Position numbers and translations under genes: made by a program. This document shows positions 23,958 to 34,238 of a stretch of DNA of 39,804 bases, in pieces. Source of the stretch: a virus (Duplodnaviria; Caudoviricetes); IMG/VR virus record IMGVR_UViG_3300031228_000016, positions 1 to 39,804 of that record; one strand, 5' to 3'. The notes beneath the pieces were generated by a model that was not told the origin of the DNA, made no database searches, and saw only the letters and a program-made list of their open reading frames with translations. The first letter of the stretch is position 1, and every line of letters starts with the position of its first letter.

Positions 23958-26695
23958 TGGCCGACCGTCGCATGAACTTCATCTTGCAGGGCCGCGATCA
24001 GTTGTCCCGGGTTCTGAACCAGGCGGGCGACTCAGCGAACCGGCTACACCGCCGCATCAGCGCCGCGACGACGAACAGCTCGGGTGCCATCAACCGGTTT
24101 GCGCGCACGACCACCGACCGGATGGCCGCACTGTCGACATCGGAGGACGCCGCAGGGAAGGCGACCGAGGCGCTCAAGAAGTCGGTCCTGAGCCTTGCGC
24201 CCGCCATCATCCCGGTTGCTGCCGCCATGGCTCCCTTGGTGGCGTCCACTGCGGCGGCCGGCGTCGCGGTGGCCGCGTACACCGCCGCGCTCGGCCCGCA
24301 GATTTCCGCTGTCAACGACGCGGTCGAGGCTGAGGAGAAGTACCAGCAGGCCGTCGAGGAGTCCGGGGCCAACTCGAAGGAAGCAGCCAAAGCCCAGGCT
24401 GACTACGCGCGGCAGCTGGCGAAGATGCCGCCTGAGGCGCGCAAGGCCGCAGCGCAGATGTCCGTCCTTAAGGACACCTATCGCGAGTGGTCCGACGATC
24501 TGGCCAAGGACACGCTGGGCCCTTTCACGAAGGGCCTGGCGCTCACGTCTGCCCTGCTGCCGAAGCTGACTCCTCTGGTGAAGGGGACATCGTCCGAACT
24601 GGACCGCATGATCACCCTGGTGGGTGGGGGCATGGCGTCGCCAGGGTTCGACCGCCTGGTGGACAAGTTCACCGACTTCTCGACCGGTACCATCCGGGGC
24701 GCCAACGAGGCGATCGTCGACTTCCTGCGCCGCCTCGACACTGGTGAGGTTGGCGGCGGGCTGCGCGACTTCATGGACTACGCCCGAGCCCAGGGACCGA
24801 CGGTGCGGGAGACGATGCGCAGCATCGGCCAGGCGCTGATGAACCTGCTGCGCGCCGGATCCGAAGTCGGGGTGGGGCTCCTTCAGGTCGTCAAGGTTCT
24901 GGCCCAGCTCATCGCCGCCGTTCCGCCGGGCGCGATCGCCGCGTTCCTGCAGCTGGCCATCGCCGTGAAGGCGCTCACTCTGGCGACCGCGGGCTTCGCC
25001 GCGGCACGCGGCCTCGTGGCCGCGTTCGGCGCCCAGCTGGTCGCCATGCGTGTCGCGGCCGCGGCAGCACCCGGGCCGCTCGCAGCAACCGGAGCCGCAA
25101 TCACCGCGCTGTCCCGCACCGCGAAGATTGCCATCGCGGGCACCGGAATCGGGCTGCTGCTCATCGCCCTGAGTGAGCTGTCGCAGGCAGGCAAGGAGAC
25201 CCCGCCTGACGTTGACAGGCTGACGACCTCGCTTGGTGAACTCGGCCGAACCGGCAAGCTCACCGGCGTCGCGCTCGCCGAGTTCGGCCAAGACTTCGCA
25301 AAGCTGCGGGATCAACTCAATGCGGTCATCAACCCCAGCGTCGCGGAGAGCATCAACAACTGGGGGGCCAGCGTCACAGGTGGACTTCTCGACGCCGGGG
25401 CCGCAACTGAGGAGTTCAACGCTGCTGTCGACTCGATCGACAAGGGACTCGCCGCCCTAGTCGCCGGAGGCAAGGCCGACCTGGCCAAGGCGTCGCTCGA
25501 GAACATGCTCGCCAGCATGAACCCGGAGCAGGTTGCCAAGCTCAAGGACGGCCTGGACGAGTACGACACCGCCCTGGCGAATCTGAAGTTCGAGCAGGAC
25601 CTGGCGGCCCAGTCGATGGGTATCTTCGGCGCCCAGGCGCAGGAGGTGCAGGGCAAGCTCAACGCGCAGAAGGCCGCGGCCGATGGGCTGCGCCAGTCCA
25701 TTCATGCGCTGGACCAGGCGCACCTCATGGCCCGGGGCGGTGTGCGCGGCATGGAGGCCGCGATCGACGCGGCCACCCAGGCGCTCAAGGACAACGGCAG
25801 GACCCTCAACGAGAACACCGCCAAGGGCCGCGCGAACAACCAGGCACTCGATGATCTGGCCAACGCCACCCAGAAGGCGGTGGAAGCGAAGTACGAGGAG
25901 ACCGGCTCCTGGACCGCGGCCAACAAGGTCTACGAGCGGGGCCGCGCCAAGCTCGAGCAGTTGGCCCGGCAGATGGGCCTCGACACGGACGAGGCCCGCA
26001 AACTCGCCGACCAGATCCTTGCCACCCCCGACAAGACGGCCAAGCTGCGGGCCGACAAGCGGGACCTGGACCGGAAGCTCAAGGACGCCAAGGCGGAACT
26101 GAGGTCTGTCCCCGACTCCCGCAAGGCCGCGGTGCGGGCGAACATCAGGGAGCTCGAGAAGGCTCTCGACAGGGCCCGCCGCGGCCTTGCGGATGTCGAC
26201 GGCCGTACCGCAACCACCTTTGTCCGGACTCATCACTACGTCACCGGTAACACGGCGCGCGTCAGCGGCGCGCATGGGGCTCAGCTGAAGGCCAAGGGCG
26301 GACTCATCCGCGGGCCCGGCACCGGCACGTCGGACAGCGTCCCGCTGTGGGCGTCGAATGGCGAGTTCGTAATCCGGGCAGCGGCCGTTCGCAAGATCGG
26401 CCTTGCCCAGCTCAACGCGATCAACGAGGGCCGTGCGGCAGGGCTTGCTGCCATGAAGAGTGCACCTGCGCCGCGGCCGGCCCGGACCGCTTCTCCGGGC
26501 CCGTCAATGATCGACATGGTCGAGACTGCCGTCACAAGGCTCGTGGCCGCGCAGCCACGAGAGGTGCCGACGCTCGGGCCGCTTGAGGTGCACGTGTTCC
26601 TCGACGGGGAGCCGGTCCGGGGGATCGCCCGTGCCGAGGTGCGCAAGGCGAACGGCGAACTGGTGCAGGTCCTGAACGCGGGCGGGGGGATGTGA
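23957..26695 (+). CDS. Tape measure protein (912 aa)
   Basis: Long Ala/Leu-rich helical protein after the chaperone, with C-terminal GGLIRGPGTGTSDSV…SNGEFVI motif. Confidence 0.92.
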   Translation: MADRRMNFILQGRDQLSRVLNQAGDSANRLHRRISAATTNSSGAINRFARTTTDRMAALSTSEDAAGKATEALKKSVLSLAPAIIPVAAAMAPLVASTAAAGVAVAAYTAALGPQISAVNDAVEAEEKYQQAVEESGANSKEAAKAQADYARQLAKMPPEARKAAAQMSVLKDTYREWSDDLAKDTLGPFTKGLALTSALLPKLTPLVKGTSSELDRMITLVGGGMASPGFDRLVDKFTDFSTGTIRGANEAIVDFLRRLDTGEVGGGLRDFMDYARAQGPTVRETMRSIGQALMNLLRAGSEVGVGLLQVVKVLAQLIAAVPPGAIAAFLQLAIAVKALTLATAGFAAARGLVAAFGAQLVAMRVAAAAAPGPLAATGAAITALSRTAKIAIAGTGIGLLLIALSELSQAGKETPPDVDRLTTSLGELGRTGKLTGVALAEFGQDFAKLRDQLNAVINPSVAESINNWGASVTGGLLDAGAATEEFNAAVDSIDKGLAALVAGGKADLAKASLENMLASMNPEQVAKLKDGLDEYDTALANLKFEQDLAAQSMGIFGAQAQEVQGKLNAQKAAADGLRQSIHALDQAHLMARGGVRGMEAAIDAATQALKDNGRTLNENTAKGRANNQALDDLANATQKAVEAKYEETGSWTAANKVYERGRAKLEQLARQMGLDTDEARKLADQILATPDKTAKLRADKRDLDRKLKDAKAELRSVPDSRKAAVRANIRELEKALDRARRGLADVDGRTATTFVRTHHYVTGNTARVSGAHGAQLKAKGGLIRGPGTGTSDSVPLWASNGEFVIRAAAVRKIGLAQLNAINEGRAAGLAAMKSAPAPRPARTASPGPSMIDMVETAVTRLVAAQPREVPTLGPLEVHVFLDGEPVRGIARAEVRKANGELVQVLNAGGGM

Positions 26696-26696
26696 C

Positions 26697-28931
26697 GTGG
26701 CGATTCCGGGGAACTTCCTCAGCGAGACGACGTCGACGGTCGACCCGAACACCTCGGGATGGGTGGCGCACCTGAACTGTGCGATCGGCCATGGCGCTGG
26801 TGGCACGGTGACGGATGGCTGCCTTGCGATGAACAGCCTCGCGGCCGGGGAGATGCAGGCCCGCACGGTCGCCTCGTACCCGGTGACCCCGGGTGTCGAG
26901 TACGCGGTCTTCTCTGATGCTTCAAGCGGCACGGTGCCGGAGCGTGTCGGCATCAGGTGGCTCGACTCGTCCTCGGCGGAGCTCAGCATCTCGTGGTCGC
27001 TGACTACGGCTTCGGCGGCGGCGTCGTGGCATCGGATCGCAGTGGCTGACTGGGCGCCGAATGGGGCCGAGTTCGCGCAGGTCATCTTCTCGTCCACCCC
27101 GGCCGGCGCTGGTGTCATCTCGTACTTCGACAACATCTATTTGGGGCTGCCGCAGCGCACCACGGGCAACCTCCTGTCGGCGAACGCCGAGACCAGCGAA
27201 CGGGCAGCAGGCTGGGAGTACGAAGCACTCGTCAACTGCACGCTGTCCCGCACGGTGCCGCCAGTCGGGTGGTCGGCGACCAACTACATCGCCGGCGGCC
27301 ACGTCGCCACAATGACGGTGACCGCGAACGGCGATGCGGAATTCCGCAGCATCGATCTGCCTACGGTCACACCCGGCCAGGAGTACCTGGCGTACACCTA
27401 CCTGAACCCGCCCAGCGTGGGGTCGACGGCCTGGATCGAGCTGCGGTTCTACGACTCGAGTCTTGCGCAGATCCAGGCAACCCGCTCGGTGCTCGCCGAG
27501 CCCGGCACGAACTGGTACCGGCAGCGGGTATCCGATACGGCACCCGCGAACGCGGCCTACGCCACGGTCGCGTTCGGTCTGGTGGGCGCGACGGCCGGCC
27601 AGGTGCTGCGCACCGACGCCACCGTCATATCGGTCGCGCCGGCCGTCTACGAGGGCACGGTGATGCCCTACGAGGACGCCTCCTTCGAGCAGGGCATCGG
27701 TTCGTGGACGGCCGTATCAGGGGTGGCGGCACTGGCGCGGCTGGAGCCGTGGGGCACGGACGCGCTCACCGGCGCCTACTCGATGAAGGTCACCTCGGCG
27801 ACTGCCACCACATCGGTGATCCGCTCGGGCCGGATGCAAGTGGGGGCTGCCGCAGGCCTCTCGTGGACCGTGGCCGCATCCATGAAAGTCATCTCGGGCT
27901 CGTGGACCCTGACGCGCGCCATCCGCTGGTACGACGACGCAGACACCGATCTGGGGGCCACGGCCGGCACGCCGAATGCGGTGCCCACGCCCGGCTGGTG
28001 GAACTTGTCCTCGCAGGCAGTCGCCCCGGCCGGTGCAACTCAGGCGGAGGCTGAGTACACGCTCACCGCTGGCGCCGTGTCGGCCGAACTCTACATGGAC
28101 CGGGTGGGGCTGTGGGAGTCGATGCCCCTGGCGGAGGCTGTCGCCGACCAGGAGACGGCCAGCGTGACCGTCACCCTGCGGGAGCTCAACCTGGGGCAGA
28201 CCCTGACCGTTTGGCGGGTGCTGCCCGACGGGGGGCGCCAGCTTGTGCGCGGCCCGGACGGGCTCCTCGACGCGGTCACCGTCACCTCGGAGACACTGGT
28301 CATCGAGGACTACGAGGCGCCGCTGGGTGTCGCGGTCCGCTGGTATGCGGAGGTGCGAGACGGGACGGACCTCACACAAACCCGTGCCGCCGGTCCGGTG
28401 ACCCTGATGCACGCCGACCCGACCGAGGTGTGGGTCAAGGACCCTGGCTACCCGCAGAGAAACCTGCGCATCGCCGCATCAACGGCGCCGGACTGGCAGC
28501 GGCCCATCACTCAGACCGCGCACCGGGTCCGGGGGCGCCGCAACGCGGTGATCCTGTCAGATGTACGTGGCGGGGTGCAGGGCAGCCTCGCCGTCCGCAC
28601 CCGCAGCGACGACGAGCGCCTAGCCCTGCACTGGATTCTCGACTCGGGCAACGTGCTGCTTGTGCAGTTCGCCCCGGGGCTCGGGCTGGAAGATCGGTAC
28701 TACGCGGTCGGCGAGACCACCGAGGCGCGGCTCGTCAATCACGGCCAGGAGCCCACGCGGATCTGGTCGCTCCCGCTGACCGAACAGGACATGCCAGTGA
28801 CCATCGGGGTGTCCGGATCCGCAGGCCGCACCTGGCAGGACATCCTCACCGAGCATGCCACGTGGCAGGAGGTTCTCGACTCCTACGAGACGTGGGAGGA
28901 CGTGCTCCTCAACCGGCCGATCGGAGGCTGA
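26697..28931 (+). CDS. Minor tail (Dit-like) protein with repeated N-terminal carbohydrate-binding-like modules
   Basis: About three repeats of GN.L...W...(V)TPG.EY...I.W.D...W...AP..A..A followed by a C-terminal DYEAPLG...WQDIL…TWEDV domain. Confidence 0.75.
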   Translation: MAIPGNFLSETTSTVDPNTSGWVAHLNCAIGHGAGGTVTDGCLAMNSLAAGEMQARTVASYPVTPGVEYAVFSDASSGTVPERVGIRWLDSSSAELSISWSLTTASAAASWHRIAVADWAPNGAEFAQVIFSSTPAGAGVISYFDNIYLGLPQRTTGNLLSANAETSERAAGWEYEALVNCTLSRTVPPVGWSATNYIAGGHVATMTVTANGDAEFRSIDLPTVTPGQEYLAYTYLNPPSVGSTAWIELRFYDSSLAQIQATRSVLAEPGTNWYRQRVSDTAPANAAYATVAFGLVGATAGQVLRTDATVISVAPAVYEGTVMPYEDASFEQGIGSWTAVSGVAALARLEPWGTDALTGAYSMKVTSATATTSVIRSGRMQVGAAAGLSWTVAASMKVISGSWTLTRAIRWYDDADTDLGATAGTPNAVPTPGWWNLSSQAVAPAGATQAEAEYTLTAGAVSAELYMDRVGLWESMPLAEAVADQETASVTVTLRELNLGQTLTVWRVLPDGGRQLVRGPDGLLDAVTVTSETLVIEDYEAPLGVAVRWYAEVRDGTDLTQTRAAGPVTLMHADPTEVWVKDPGYPQRNLRIAASTAPDWQRPITQTAHRVRGRRNAVILSDVRGGVQGSLAVRTRSDDERLALHWILDSGNVLLVQFAPGLGLEDRYYAVGETTEARLVNHGQEPTRIWSLPLTEQDMPVTIGVSGSAGRTWQDILTEHATWQEVLDSYETWEDVLLNRPIGG

Positions 28932-28933
28932 CC

Positions 28934-30031
28934 TTGTACCCCGTCTCCGCCCGGTTCCTGAAAGCCATCGTCGAGAGTCACACCTTGGTCACCGAGGTGA
29001 CCCTGTTCCGCACCGACGGCCAAGTGGAACACCTGCCGCACACCGGCGGGGTGGTGACCGTGGACCGGGGGCAGCAGTGCCGGCGCACCTGCACGGTCGC
29101 CCTCGCCGACGTGTCCCTGATCCCGCGCACCGCCGTGGACAAGCTCAGCGTGTACGGAGCGCGGCTGCGTATCAGCCGTGGTGTGGACTACGGCGGCGGC
29201 GCCCGGGAGCTGGTCCCCCTCGGGGTGTTCCGCATCGACGAGGTTTCAGGCGATGTGGACGAAGGGCCGGTGACGATCCAGGGCAAGAGCCTCGAGTGCA
29301 TCGTCGCCGACGATCGGTTCACCGAGCCGTACCGGGCCAGCGGCCTGGCGGTCGGAGCGATCACCGCGCTGATCCAGCGCAGCATCCCCGACGCCGTCGT
29401 GATCACCGGGGACACCGTGGTGGACGCGACGATCGGACCCCGCACATGGGACGTCGACACCGACCCGTGGACTGCCATCGTCGAACTCGGCACGGCTATC
29501 GGGGCCGAGGTATATGCCGACCCGGACGGAATATTCGTAGTAGCCGAGCTGCCGGACCTACTGACCGCCACTCCGGTGTGGGACATCAAGGCCGGGGAGG
29601 GCGGCGCCTACATCCGTGCAATCCGCGGCATGACCGCCGACGGAGTGTTCAACGGGATCCATGCCCGCGGTGAGAACACGGAGACCGACACGGCTCCGGT
29701 GTCCGCGTTGGTGATCGACAACGACCCCGGATCGCCTACGTACTGGGATGGGGACTTCGGGCACCGTCCCGACTTCTACTCCTCGGCCACGCTCATCACC
29801 ACAGGGCAGTGCACCTCGGCAGCCACGCTCAAGCTCCGTGCGGCGAAGGCCCCGAACGCCAGCGCGGACATCACGTCACTGCCCAACCCGGCGCTCGCCC
29901 CGGGGGATGTGTTCCGTGCCGCATACCCGGACGGAACGAGAGAGCTGCACCAGGCGCACAGCTTCCCCGTGCCGCTCGGTGTCGACGGGGACTTCGTCGT
30001 TCGCACCATCTCCGCGAAGGAGGGCACGTGA
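28934..30031 (+). CDS. Tail tip/hub protein (DUF5047-like)
   Basis: GGAGG RBS with TTG 28934 (MYPVSARFL…); ELVPLGVFRI and PNPAL.PGD motifs. Confidence 0.78.
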   Translation: MYPVSARFLKAIVESHTLVTEVTLFRTDGQVEHLPHTGGVVTVDRGQQCRRTCTVALADVSLIPRTAVDKLSVYGARLRISRGVDYGGGARELVPLGVFRIDEVSGDVDEGPVTIQGKSLECIVADDRFTEPYRASGLAVGAITALIQRSIPDAVVITGDTVVDATIGPRTWDVDTDPWTAIVELGTAIGAEVYADPDGIFVVAELPDLLTATPVWDIKAGEGGAYIRAIRGMTADGVFNGIHARGENTETDTAPVSALVIDNDPGSPTYWDGDFGHRPDFYSSATLITTGQCTSAATLKLRAAKAPNASADITSLPNPALAPGDVFRAAYPDGTRELHQAHSFPVPLGVDGDFVVRTISAKEGT

Positions 30032-30756
30032 GCGGATCCTCGGCGCAGGAGGTGGCGGCCGCAATCCGCCGGCGCACGGTGCAGGCCGGGGCCGCGGACC
30101 CGAAGGTGCGCGGCGCGGACTGGCAGACAGCGGTCGTCACCGCGGTCAACGGCGACGGGACCGTCAACGTCGGCGTCATCGTTGCCCGCCGCCTCGACAG
30201 CTATCCGGCTCCCGCGGTCGGGGATCAGATCTTCCTCACCAACTCGGGGGCCGGAAACTGGGTCGCGGTCGGCCGCACCGCGAGCGCGAACGTCGGCATC
30301 GGCGGGTGGCTGTTCGCACGAAAACCGTCGGACACTTCACGGGCCAGCAACACCACGCCCACGGATGACCCGCACCTGGCAGTCACTGTCGCCCCAAACG
30401 CCGTGTACACGGTGGAATGCTTCATCGCCTATATCGCAGCCTCAACCGGCGACATCCGTATCGGCTTCACCGCACCGTCCGGGTCGGTCGGCGCCTACGC
30501 CTCCCGCGGCCCGGACCTGTCTGCCACCGCGGGCAGCACCACGTCGCAGCTGCGTATCCAGTCGCTGCTGGACTTCACCACCACGATCCCGCTCGGTGGC
30601 CAGTCGGGGACTTTCTCCAGCGCCCATCCGATCGGCACGGTCGTCACCGGGGGCACTGGCGGCACGGTCGCTGTGCGCTGGTGCCAGAACGGTTCGGATG
30701 CGACCGCGTCCACCATCTACGCGCACTCGTGGATGAAGCTCCAGCGAATGGCCTGA
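30028..30756 (+). CDS. Minor tail protein
   Basis: GTGA overlap; RRLDSYPAPAVGD N-terminal domain and a beta-rich C-terminal domain. Confidence 0.72.
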   Translation: MSGSSAQEVAAAIRRRTVQAGAADPKVRGADWQTAVVTAVNGDGTVNVGVIVARRLDSYPAPAVGDQIFLTNSGAGNWVAVGRTASANVGIGGWLFARKPSDTSRASNTTPTDDPHLAVTVAPNAVYTVECFIAYIAASTGDIRIGFTAPSGSVGAYASRGPDLSATAGSTTSQLRIQSLLDFTTTIPLGGQSGTFSSAHPIGTVVTGGTGGTVAVRWCQNGSDATASTIYAHSWMKLQRMA

Positions 30757-30780
30757 CGGCCTCACACCAAGGAGGACCTC

Positions 30781-31398
30781 GTGGCCACAGACGACTACGG
30801 CCAGAGCATCGTGATCCCCGCCCTGACCGACTCGCCGAATGCCGGCACCGTCGGCAGCGGCATGAACAGCATCGTCGGCCGCACGATCCTGCGGTTCACC
30901 TCGGCCTCGTCTCGCAACGCGACCCTCGTCGGTGACTCTGCCCCGGTGGCGGGCATGCAGGCGTGGCTCGACACCGAGAAACTCATGACCATGTACGACG
31001 GCACCCAGTGGACCGTCATGGCCGCCGGCGCCTCAGCATGGTCCACGATCCCGCTGGCCACCGGCTACACCGGGAACGGAAACTCGAACGGCACCCCGCA
31101 GTACCGGCTGGTCAACTTCTTCGGCGAGCTGTCCGTGCAGCTGCGCGGCGGCCTGAACCTCACCTACCCGGGCGGATCGATCGCGAACGGCAGCGTGTTC
31201 ACCTCGTCGGCGCTGCCCACGACGGTCCGGCCGTCGACGCTACGGACCACGGCGGCCGCCTGCTCGGCCGTCTCGTCGACCGTCGTCTCCTTGAAGATCG
31301 ACGCTCAGACCGGTGGACACCTGCTGGTCGTCGGCACCAACAGCTCGACCGACCAGCCTCCGTGGGTGTCCCTCAACGGAATCATGTACAGCCTCTGA
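30781..31398 (+). CDS. Minor tail/fibre protein
   Basis: AAGGAGG RBS; RF.SAS.RNA.L...P.AGM..W and LP...RPS...WVSLNGI motifs. Confidence 0.78.
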   Translation: MATDDYGQSIVIPALTDSPNAGTVGSGMNSIVGRTILRFTSASSRNATLVGDSAPVAGMQAWLDTEKLMTMYDGTQWTVMAAGASAWSTIPLATGYTGNGNSNGTPQYRLVNFFGELSVQLRGGLNLTYPGGSIANGSVFTSSALPTTVRPSTLRTTAAACSAVSSTVVSLKIDAQTGGHLLVVGTNSSTDQPPWVSLNGIMYSL

Positions 31399-31414
31399 TC
31401 TGCCCCCGACCGCC

Positions 31415-31434
31415 GCCCCGGCAGGGGCTTTTTT
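31415..31434 (+). terminator. Intrinsic terminator-like hairpin with U-tract
   Basis: GCCCC-ggca-GGGGC-TTTTTT. Confidence 0.6.
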
Positions 31435-31455
31435 CATGCCCTCGAAGGGGGCCTC

Positions 31456-31713
31456 ATGCCCATGCCCGAAGGCGCGCGCAGCGTCCTGTACAGCGTGACC
31501 CAGTACGCCGACGCCAGCGAGGTGTACATCCAGGTCAGCTTCGACATGACGACCAGCAGCCCGCCGACCGACGTCGACGAGGCGGCCGCAGCGGCGATGG
31601 AGGCATTCGCCGCCAAGCTGCAGGAACTTCATCCGGAGGCCAGCGTCGACGCGAGCCGCGCCTACGTGTGCCGCCAGCCCGGCGACCCGTGGCCGCCTGC
31701 GGCGGGCGTCTGA
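31456..31713 (+). CDS. Small acidic phage protein
   Basis: GAAGGGGG RBS; TGATG overlap with the spike gene. Confidence 0.65.
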   Translation: MPMPEGARSVLYSVTQYADASEVYIQVSFDMTTSSPPTDVDEAAAAAMEAFAAKLQELHPEASVDASRAYVCRQPGDPWPPAAGV

Positions 31714-33230
31714 TGGCGGGCACCGGTTGGCTGTCCGTCACGGACTTCGAGGCGGTCGGCGACGGGGCCACGGACGACACGCTGGCGATCCAGGCCGCGC
31801 TCGACGCGGCGTATGCGGCCGGCGGCGGGGTGGTCGTCTTCCCCCCGGGGCGGACGTACATGGTGACCGACTTCATCGTGGTCCGGGACCGGACAACGGT
31901 GATCGCCTACGGGGCGACCGTGCGGGCCGGCTTCCACGCGCGGGGCGTACTGCGGAACTTCTTCCCGGACAGCTCCTTCTCCGGCTACGACGGGCACTCC
32001 GACATCGCGATCCTGGGCGGCCTGTGGGACGGCAACGCCAAGGCGCCGGACGGCAGCGGGCTCGTCACCTCGGTCACGAACATCGCTTGCTTCATCCACT
32101 GCCGCAACATCACCGTCCGCGACGCCACATTCCGCGACTGTTCCGGCGCCCACGGCCTCGAGCTCAACGCAGTCTCCGGTGCGCGCGTGGAGACGTGCCG
32201 CTTCGAAGGCTTCACCGACAACACACCCGAGCAGAACCGTCTCACCTCCGAAGCGATCGAGCTGGACGTGGCCCGCTCTGGGTCGTCGGCGATCGGCCAG
32301 TTCGACGGCACCGCCTGCGAAGACGTCAGCATCTCCCGCTGCTGGTTCGGCCCCTCCGAACGGCTCGGCGACTGGGGCCGCGCGATCGGCTCACACAGCA
32401 TCGTCGGCGGCTCCTGGTACGACCGGATCACGGTGGAGTCCTGCGAGATCGTCGGCGCCTACGAGGCAGGGATCCGCGCCCAGTACTGGCGCGACTCCTC
32501 CATCACCGGCAACAAGATCCGGAACACAGGCGGGCCCGGGGTCCATGCATTGACGACGCTCGCCCAGTCCTGCACCGGGCTCGCCGTCGAGGCCAATCAG
32601 ATCCGGCACAGCGGCTCGGGCGCGGGCATCCTCGTGGAGGGCCGGCCTGACGGGCAGTGGACCGACACGCAGGTCCAAGGCAACCGGGTGTCGGACGCCA
32701 GCGGGTACGGCATTCGCGCCGACCACGCGCCCGGTGTGATGGTCACCGGCAACCGGATCAACGGCTCCTCGGGCGGCGGGCTCCTCGTCCTCGAGTCCCC
32801 AGGCGCTGAGGTCGCCATCAACAGCGTGCGGGACTCCGGCTCGAACGGCATCAACATCGCTGGCTCCTCCGGCTGCTCCGTCACGGGCAACACGATCCAC
32901 GGCACCAGCGCGAACCACGGCATCGCTGTCGGCGCCCACGTCAGCCCCGGTGGCGACAGCCTCGTACAGGGCAACCTCATCCACCGCGCGGCCCGTGCCG
33001 GAGTACGGCTGGTTTCGCCGCGGTGCACGGTGACCGGTAACCAAGTCCGCAAGGCCGGCACGGGCACGGACAACGGAGTGAGCGTGGCCTCGTCAGCGAC
33101 CGGGTGCGTGGTCGCGGGCAACGACCTGACCAGCAATGGCTGGAGCGCATCGACCGCGCTCGCCCTGGCGGCGACGACCGATCTCGACTGGACCGGCGGG
33201 CACACGGCCCCCGGTCACAACCTGACCTGA
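31713..33230 (+). CDS. Right-handed parallel beta-helix protein (pectate-lyase-like tail spike or depolymerase), 505 aa
   Basis: SVTDFEAVGDGATDDTLAIQAALDAA…GGGVVVFPPG.Y N-terminal motif and many (V/I)xGNxI…GI repeats. Confidence 0.88.
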   Translation: MAGTGWLSVTDFEAVGDGATDDTLAIQAALDAAYAAGGGVVVFPPGRTYMVTDFIVVRDRTTVIAYGATVRAGFHARGVLRNFFPDSSFSGYDGHSDIAILGGLWDGNAKAPDGSGLVTSVTNIACFIHCRNITVRDATFRDCSGAHGLELNAVSGARVETCRFEGFTDNTPEQNRLTSEAIELDVARSGSSAIGQFDGTACEDVSISRCWFGPSERLGDWGRAIGSHSIVGGSWYDRITVESCEIVGAYEAGIRAQYWRDSSITGNKIRNTGGPGVHALTTLAQSCTGLAVEANQIRHSGSGAGILVEGRPDGQWTDTQVQGNRVSDASGYGIRADHAPGVMVTGNRINGSSGGGLLVLESPGAEVAINSVRDSGSNGINIAGSSGCSVTGNTIHGTSANHGIAVGAHVSPGGDSLVQGNLIHRAARAGVRLVSPRCTVTGNQVRKAGTGTDNGVSVASSATGCVVAGNDLTSNGWSASTALALAATTDLDWTGGHTAPGHNLT

Positions 33231-33242
33231 GAGGAGGATCCG

Positions 33243-34238
33243 ATGGCCACACCTCTGTCCGCCGACCGGCTGCTCCGCGCGCTGCGGGACGAGGGCCTGC
33301 GCGTTGTCGAGCACCGGTCGTGGCGGACGCATAACCGGAACCACAAGGGGCTGTGGGGGCCGGTGCACGGGGTGATGATCCACCACACCGTCACCAGCGG
33401 CACCATGTCCAGCGTCGAGCTCTGCTACAACGGCCACTCCACGCTGCCCGGACCGCTGTGCCACGGCGTCATCGACAAGGACGGCACCGTGTACCTGGTC
33501 GGCAACGGCCGGGCGAACCATGCCGGTCTCGGGGACGACGACGTGCTGCGCGCCGTCATCGACGAGCGTGAACTCCCGCCCGACAACGAGGCGAACACCG
33601 ACGGCAACCGGCACTTCTACGGCTTCGAGGCCATCAACCTCGGCGACGGTCGCGACACGTGGCCGGCCGCCCAGCTCGAGGCCATCGAGAAGGCCTTGGC
33701 CGCGATCTGCCGGGCGCACGGCTGGGGCTGGCGCAGCGCGCTCCGTCACCTCGACTGGCAGCCCGGCAAGGTCGACCCCCGCGGCGTCGACTGGCCCGCC
33801 ATGCAGGCCCGCATCGCCGCCCGCCTGAGCGGCGCCCCGACCACCACCAGCCCGTCCGAGGAGGACGACATGCCCCTGACCGATGCCGACGTGCAGCGCG
33901 TCGCCAAGGCCACCGTGCACATGCTCATCGCGGGCGGCGGCACGCTGGAGAACTCCGACCTTGACCGGATCTGGAACCGGGACATCATCCCGGCCGCGCG
34001 GCCGCCGCACGCCAACGAGGACTACGAGACCAACCGGACATGGTCGGCGAAGTACGCCCTGCAGACCGGCGTGGAGGCCGGCCGCCAGACGCTGGCCAAG
34101 GTCACCGAGCTTGTCGACGCGCTCGACCGCACCGGCGTGACCGACGCGCAGATCGCCGCTATCGCCGAGGCCGTCGCCAAACACCCGGCCCTGGCCACCG
34201 CCATCGCCGACAAGCTCGCAGCGAGGCTCGCCGAGTGA
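33243..34238 (+). CDS. Endolysin, N-acetylmuramoyl-L-alanine amidase (Amidase_2 type)
   Basis: GVMIHHT…GPLCH…GRANHAG…GN..FYGFE…HLDWQPGKVDP; GAGGAGG RBS. Confidence 0.92.
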   Translation: MATPLSADRLLRALRDEGLRVVEHRSWRTHNRNHKGLWGPVHGVMIHHTVTSGTMSSVELCYNGHSTLPGPLCHGVIDKDGTVYLVGNGRANHAGLGDDDVLRAVIDERELPPDNEANTDGNRHFYGFEAINLGDGRDTWPAAQLEAIEKALAAICRAHGWGWRSALRHLDWQPGKVDPRGVDWPAMQARIAARLSGAPTTTSPSEEDDMPLTDADVQRVAKATVHMLIAGGGTLENSDLDRIWNRDIIPAARPPHANEDYETNRTWSAKYALQTGVEAGRQTLAKVTELVDALDRTGVTDAQIAAIAEAVAKHPALATAIADKLAARLAE

